Under the pieces are notes generated by a model. It had not been told where the DNA came from. It was given only the letters and a program-made list of their open reading frames with translations, and did no database searches. A stretch of DNA of 60,087 nt, the filler included. It is 4 parts of 4 records of this genome, joined end to end, with 100 filler letters (N's around TTAATTAATTAA, not from the genome) between each part and the next. Parts side by side here need not be neighbours in the genome. Positions count along the whole stretch, not along the records: positions 48,742 to 60,087 come from SRR31156797_733; 3 more parts are not named here. One strand, written 5' to 3'. Below, piece after piece: positions 55,150 to 60,087 of the stretch (its first letter is position 1; the number at the start of each line of letters is the position of its first letter). Position numbers and translations under genes: made by a program.

Positions 55150-57546
55150 CTAAAAACTCAACGTTGCTTTATACTCCGGAATAATTTCAAAATCTTTGAT
55201 ATTCAGATAGCTTCCATTGTTAAATTCAGGAATATTTTCCAGATCCTTCAGGTATGGGTAATCGGCGTACATGAGATGAAATACGAACACCATTTTTTCC
55301 TCTTTCAGCAGTGGCGCAAATTTACGCAGGCTGATTTCCCATTTCCTGTCATGATAAAAATGATCGGTTATCATTTGGCCCTTGATAAAAGCTAAACCCC
55401 GGTCGCCAACATAGTCAACCGATACAAAAACATCGTGTAGATTGGAAATGGAACTATCGGCTTGTAAGGTGTATTTTCGTTTTGAAATTTGCTCAATTGT
55501 GATATCCGGTTTTTCCTCTGTAAAACGAAGCTGATAGCTGGAAAATCCCTTAAAAGCAGCTTTTGTTTTTTCAATTTCAGAGGTGCCGGAAAGCTCCTTG
55601 TTTTTGCTTTCTGGAAACACATGAATTGTATTATTTGTATTTCGGCTAATCACCTCGATTCCGTTCGCTTCTTCAAGCAAAAGAGCATCGCTAATAAAAA
55701 GAGTATCATTTATTTTGGTGCAGTTGAGCGCCATTTTATGCGGAAGGATAAGAAAATAGGTATCATTTGCCTCGAATGAAAAAGGTTCGTCTGTTTTTGC
55801 TTTCACCAATTGAAGTCCGTTTTCTTTTGAAGTATTTGTGTTTGTTCGATTTGTGATTTTTGTATCGGATGGAAAAGCCAAACAAGGATCGATACCTTCA
55901 AGCATGCTAAACACATAGTATTTTCTATCAGCCGATTTTAAAGTAGTAAAAGGTTGAACGGTAGCCGATTTTACCAAAGCATCTTCAAGCTTCAGGTTAA
56001 AAGGCAGGATGGCACTTGTTCCTTTCAGCAAAGTAAAGGTTCCGGATGTTGGAAAAGATATCGTTTCAGTTTTTGTCCTTACATCAAGGCTAACTTCTTC
56101 AATGTCTTTCATTTCGATATGATCTTGGAAATTTACGGCAAAAATAAAACCTGACTCGCCATAAGAGCGAACAGCATAACGAAGCGTTTCGGTATCTTCT
56201 TTTGTTATGGCAGCGTTGGTTTCAGGCAGTATGGTTTTCATCGGGGCCAGCAACTCGCCATAACTTTCCAAAAAGTAATGGAGCATGCGCAGGTGTTTAA
56301 AATGATAACGAACCTGGCCGTATTGGCCAATAGGAGCCTGAAAATCGTAGTTAATGCGAGGTATGCCGTTGGCTTCTTCGTTGTAAAATTTTCCGTTAAA
56401 CGCGGGTGTTGAGCCTCCATGGTACATGTAATATCCTATTCCATTCGATCCACTTCCAATAATCCGAACCATTAGCGGATTTACGCTTTTGTAGTCAACT
56501 ACCGGTCGGCGCGAGTGCTTCACCTGAATGCCCGGGCCAATTTCGGCCGAAATAGAGGGGTACAATTGGGTATCGTAGCTGACTGGACTGTAGTCTGGAT
56601 TTTGTTGAATATCTTTAAACAAGTAGAAGTTTGATGGTGATGGTTCGGCCCAAAAAGGATAGGCGTATCCTGCGGTAACCGGCAAGCTTCCTTTTTCAAC
56701 AATGGTAGCATTTCCCCAGCCGGTGGCGGTATATAAAGGCACATCAAGCTCATTTTCTTGCGCTATTTTTTTGAGCTTGTTCATGTGTTTTTTCCCGTAT
56801 TCCGACCACGGATTTTTGCCATCAGTTACGGTTATTTGTTCGTGGGTAAGGGCCGCATCCCTGTCGGCTGCTGTACGTTCTTTTTTGCTGCCGGGGTAAG
56901 TAAACTCCCAGGGAGCTGCCGAATGTTGGTATTCATTTTCCAGTTGAATTCCAATTACAGGCCCACCGTCTTTGTATAATAAACCCTTAACTTGACTTGC
57001 AATTTCATTGTACAAGCGATCAACATAAACAAGATATTCAGGATCGTTGCTCCTAACCTCAAAAGCTCTTCCATATAGCCAGTCGGGAAGTCCGCCGTTG
57101 CGCATTTCGCCATGGCAGAAAGGGCCAACACGGACAATGGCAAACAGCTCATTCTTTTTAACCAGTTCAATAAATCTCCGAAGGTTTAAATCTGCTTGCC
57201 AGTCAAAAGTTCCTTCTTGTCGTTCATGGATATTCCAGAAAACATAGGTGGCGATGGTATTTATTCCACCAACTTTCATTTTTCGGATCGACTCTTCCCA
57301 ATATTCCTGCGGGTAACGCGAATAATGAAATTCACCAATTACCGGGAAGAAGGGTTTTCCTGCTTTTTCAATAAAATAACTGTTTACCGAAATGGTTTCT
57401 CCTGATGGATTTGATCCTCCTAAGTCAAGATGCCCGGAAATGATTTGTTTTTCAGGCCTATTGATGTTGATTGTGTAGTTCTGTTGTGCTTCGGAGCTAT
57501 AAAATGCAACAACAATCAACAAGCTTAGTGCAAAAAATTTATTCAT
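55150..57546 (-). CDS. GH35 beta-galactosidase
   Basis: GEFHYSR, TYVFWNIHE, GPFCHGE...GGLPDW, QLENEY, YYMYHGG, YDFQAP. Confidence 0.88.
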   Translation of the reverse strand: MNKFFALSLLIVVAFYSSEAQQNYTININRPEKQIISGHLDLGGSNPSGETISVNSYFIEKAGKPFFPVIGEFHYSRYPQEYWEESIRKMKVGGINTIATYVFWNIHERQEGTFDWQADLNLRRFIELVKKNELFAIVRVGPFCHGEMRNGGLPDWLYGRAFEVRSNDPEYLVYVDRLYNEIASQVKGLLYKDGGPVIGIQLENEYQHSAAPWEFTYPGSKKERTAADRDAALTHEQITVTDGKNPWSEYGKKHMNKLKKIAQENELDVPLYTATGWGNATIVEKGSLPVTAGYAYPFWAEPSPSNFYLFKDIQQNPDYSPVSYDTQLYPSISAEIGPGIQVKHSRRPVVDYKSVNPLMVRIIGSGSNGIGYYMYHGGSTPAFNGKFYNEEANGIPRINYDFQAPIGQYGQVRYHFKHLRMLHYFLESYGELLAPMKTILPETNAAITKEDTETLRYAVRSYGESGFIFAVNFQDHIEMKDIEEVSLDVRTKTETISFPTSGTFTLLKGTSAILPFNLKLEDALVKSATVQPFTTLKSADRKYYVFSMLEGIDPCLAFPSDTKITNRTNTNTSKENGLQLVKAKTDEPFSFEANDTYFLILPHKMALNCTKINDTLFISDALLLEEANGIEVISRNTNNTIHVFPESKNKELSGTSEIEKTKAAFKGFSSYQLRFTEEKPDITIEQISKRKYTLQADSSISNLHDVFVSVDYVGDRGLAFIKGQMITDHFYHDRKWEISLRKFAPLLKEEKMVFVFHLMYADYPYLKDLENIPEFNNGSYLNIKDFEIIPEYKATLSF

Positions 57547-57572
57547 AAAAGCAGCTTAACTATGGTTTGAAA

Positions 57573-60087
57573 TTACATTATGGAATCGCGTAAAACAATG
57601 GCTCCCAGGTATGCCGGGTCTTCTTCCAATAATTTGCTAAATATTTGTTTTGCCAAGCCTGAATTTCCTTTACCCAACTGACCCAAACCCATGAGGTAAT
57701 AACAAAGTCTGCGGTTTTTTATATTTAGGTCGTCTTCCCAAATCAACAAATCGGGTAATGAAACAGCGAAATAGTCAATTTTAATATCATCGTTTTGGTG
57801 CGATTTGCCAAAATCAAGCAAGAGCTTAAAGCGTTCTTCTGCTTCCTGTTTGTTTCCTAGTTTTAGCAGAGCCATGCCTTGGTAAAAAATGGTATCGGGC
57901 TGCTGGTCGTTGTAAAAGAATGCAGCTGAAACTTCTGATATTCCTTCCGAAGCTTCTTTAAAATACGCTTCTGCTTTTTCAGACTCATTTAATCCATCGT
58001 AAGCTATTCCCAGGAGGTAGATCAATTCGTTTTCCTGCGCACCATAAAGCTTGCCTTCGCCAAGGTTGTGCGGGTAGGTTCTGGCTTTAGTCAGCAACTC
58101 AATGGCCTTTTTATAGTCTCCTTTATCGATGGCAGTTTTGGCCATACCCGTAAGGCTGTAAACATATTGTCCGGTAACTTTTCCTTCGCCGCCTTCCCAG
58201 GGATGAAATATGCGTTCCATAATCATTTGGTATGCCGTTTCGTATTCACCTGTAAGATTGTACAAAGTAGCAAGTTCCAGATACAGGTCGTCACGTTGTT
58301 CAGCCAAATCCCGGAATTTTACAAGTCGGCTTAAACGCGATTCCAAAGAATGATTTAATCGCTTATACAACTGATCTAATTCCATTAAAATACGGGCATC
58401 TGTTTGATCCAACTCAAAGGCTTTTTCCAGCGAATTCAGAGCTTTTTCGGCATTGTTTTGCTTGTTGAAATAAGCTAGCGATAAGTTGCGGCGGGTGGTT
58501 GGGAAATCAGGATTTGCGTTTACCGATTCTTCCCAGCACCGTATAGCTTCATTGTAGTTTTTATTGGCATACCAAAAATTCCCCAGGTAATAAAGCGCTT
58601 TAAAATCATCGTTATTTTCGTTTGCTGCCCATTGCAATACTTCCAATGCTTCCGCTTGATTTGGAAAGCAGTAATCCGGGCATTGTTTAAAGGCATCCGT
58701 TAAGCTTGATTTTGCCAATTCGCTATTGCCGGCTTGATGCGCAAACCAGGCTTTGTAATAATAGGCCAGCGGATAAATCCCTGCATCCTGTTGTGCAATT
58801 CCAATATCAAGCAATTCTATTGCTTCAGAGTACAAGCCAGCCCAGGCATAATCGAGAGCAAATTCAATGTAATTGTGAATATTGCCCCGAATCAGGTTTT
58901 TCATCTCAGTCAAGGCTACCTTATTATTCGTCAGCAGGTATTTTTCAAAATACAGGCTGAAGTTAAAAGCATCCAGTTGAATTGATTCATCAATCAAGGC
59001 AAGGGCTTCTGTTTCTTTCCCAAGTTTTCGTAAAATGCTTATTTTTAACTGGCGGGCTTTGTGATTATGCCAGTTGCGAATCAACGAACGATCAATAACT
59101 TCAAGGGCATCGTCCCATTTTTTATTTACACATTCGATACAGGTCAGTTGAAAATAACCACTGTCCATCCATGCAGCATTCCATACCGATTTATAAAATG
59201 CTTCGTATGCTTTTGTGGTATCGCCCAGGTAACGGTTCGCCAAACCAAGGTTAAACAAGGGCTCCCCATCCAAAGGATTCGGATTTCTCTCGGTCCAGGT
59301 GTCAACAGCTGTATTAAAATAGCTTTTGGCTTTACTGAACTGGCCACGTCGTAAATACCATAATCCAAGCGCGTTGTTACAACGGGTGTCTTTCGGGTCG
59401 CGACTAAGCGCCTCCTCATAATAGGGGCGTGGGGCGTATGTGGCATGACGATACTGCTCCAGGTGTAAACCTGTCAAATACAGTTGTTCGTTGCTTTCAA
59501 TTTCTTTGGGTGCTTTAGCAGCTTTTGCAGGCTCCGGAATGGGTCTTTCCGTTTCCGGTGCCCTACTCCACTGCACGAGGCAAGTGTTATCTGCTGTAAT
59601 AACTTTAATTTCAAGTTCCTTACTGTCTGTTTTTGGCGGTAGTTCAATGGTTTTTTCGTAAGACATCCCCGGATGAAAATCGACTACATCGTTAACGAGT
59701 GTTTTGTCGCCACAGGTAAGCAACACTTTTCCCGCAGGGTATGGCCCGGTGGTATAAACTTTTAAGGTTGACTTTCCTTTCACTGTTTCGAGGTTTACCA
59801 TGGCTTCTTTTGTGGCATTTTTTACCACCCCTAAATCGCGGTAAGGCATAAAATATTGCGTAAAACTCTTTTCTTCGCCCGGCATTAACCAGCTAAAATC
59901 GGGTTGATTATCGGTGTAAACACCACACATCAGTTCAATGTACGGGCCGTCTTCATCGGTAAGATTTCGGTCCCAGGCCTGGCCAAAATCGCTATGCCCC
60001 CAGGTCCATTGTTTTTTCCCGGGCGAAACATGGTGGTTGGCAACGTGTAACAATCCCCCTTGGCTGTCGTTTTCGTAACCTCCAACA
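57573..60087 (-). CDS. DUF5107/TPR-domain protein (5'-partial)
   Basis: PGKKQWTWG, GPYIELMCGVYTDNQPDF, multiple TPRs, IDYFAVSLPD. Confidence 0.85.
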   Translation of the reverse strand, partial: VGGYENDSQGGLLHVANHHVSPGKKQWTWGHSDFGQAWDRNLTDEDGPYIELMCGVYTDNQPDFSWLMPGEEKSFTQYFMPYRDLGVVKNATKEAMVNLETVKGKSTLKVYTTGPYPAGKVLLTCGDKTLVNDVVDFHPGMSYEKTIELPPKTDSKELEIKVITADNTCLVQWSRAPETERPIPEPAKAAKAPKEIESNEQLYLTGLHLEQYRHATYAPRPYYEEALSRDPKDTRCNNALGLWYLRRGQFSKAKSYFNTAVDTWTERNPNPLDGEPLFNLGLANRYLGDTTKAYEAFYKSVWNAAWMDSGYFQLTCIECVNKKWDDALEVIDRSLIRNWHNHKARQLKISILRKLGKETEALALIDESIQLDAFNFSLYFEKYLLTNNKVALTEMKNLIRGNIHNYIEFALDYAWAGLYSEAIELLDIGIAQQDAGIYPLAYYYKAWFAHQAGNSELAKSSLTDAFKQCPDYCFPNQAEALEVLQWAANENNDDFKALYYLGNFWYANKNYNEAIRCWEESVNANPDFPTTRRNLSLAYFNKQNNAEKALNSLEKAFELDQTDARILMELDQLYKRLNHSLESRLSRLVKFRDLAEQRDDLYLELATLYNLTGEYETAYQMIMERIFHPWEGGEGKVTGQYVYSLTGMAKTAIDKGDYKKAIELLTKARTYPHNLGEGKLYGAQENELIYLLGIAYDGLNESEKAEAYFKEASEGISEVSAAFFYNDQQPDTIFYQGMALLKLGNKQEAEERFKLLLDFGKSHQNDDIKIDYFAVSLPDLLIWEDDLNIKNRRLCYYLMGLGQLGKGNSGLAKQIFSKLLEEDPAYLGAIVLRDSIM

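Noticed and set aside
1-60087. rRNA, tRNA, CRISPR arrays, reverse transcriptases, intact transposases
   Set aside because: None recognised by eye in the window

Overview
The window is four unrelated contigs joined by artificial 100-nt linkers (N-run/TTAATTAATTAA/N-run at 13294-13393, 34917-35016, 48642-48741). (1) 1-13293 is a Bacteroidota-like chromosome segment: Fe-ADH/HxlR, serine hydrolase, tandem SnoaL lipoprotein, YfiR plus TonB receptor, and TetR-SulP-beta-carbonic anhydrase followed by a ~215-nt rod-like inverted-repeat element. (2) 13394-34916 is a Campylobacterota (Arcobacter-like) segment: ccoOQP, addB/addA, budA, a bacterial Nav-type channel, a heme-PAS histidine kinase, radical SAM, an AbiF-like HEPN gene with an upstream hairpin, mfd and an MCP. 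(3) 35017-48641 is an apparently complete ~13.6-kb circular plasmid-like element with a 27-nt terminal overlap in iteron-like repeats upstream of a Rep_3 initiator. It carries two replication-relaxation (MOBL-like) genes, a VirD4-like ATPase, a DnaG-like primase, an orphan methyltransferase, a minimal tyrosine recombinase with a candidate 15-6-15 palindromic site, RadC/JAB and a HEPN-like membrane protein. Most notably it has an unannotated ~255-nt multi-stem ncRNA candidate (36425-36684) bounded by a promoter-like motif and a terminator-like hairpin. (4) 48742-60087 is a second Bacteroidota segment: gluconate 5-dehydrogenase, cobalamin-riboswitch-controlled nrdDG, a LuxR/sulfatase deletion scar, AraC, GH35 and a DUF5107-TPR protein. 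All family and taxon calls come from motif recognition by eye; no searches were run.
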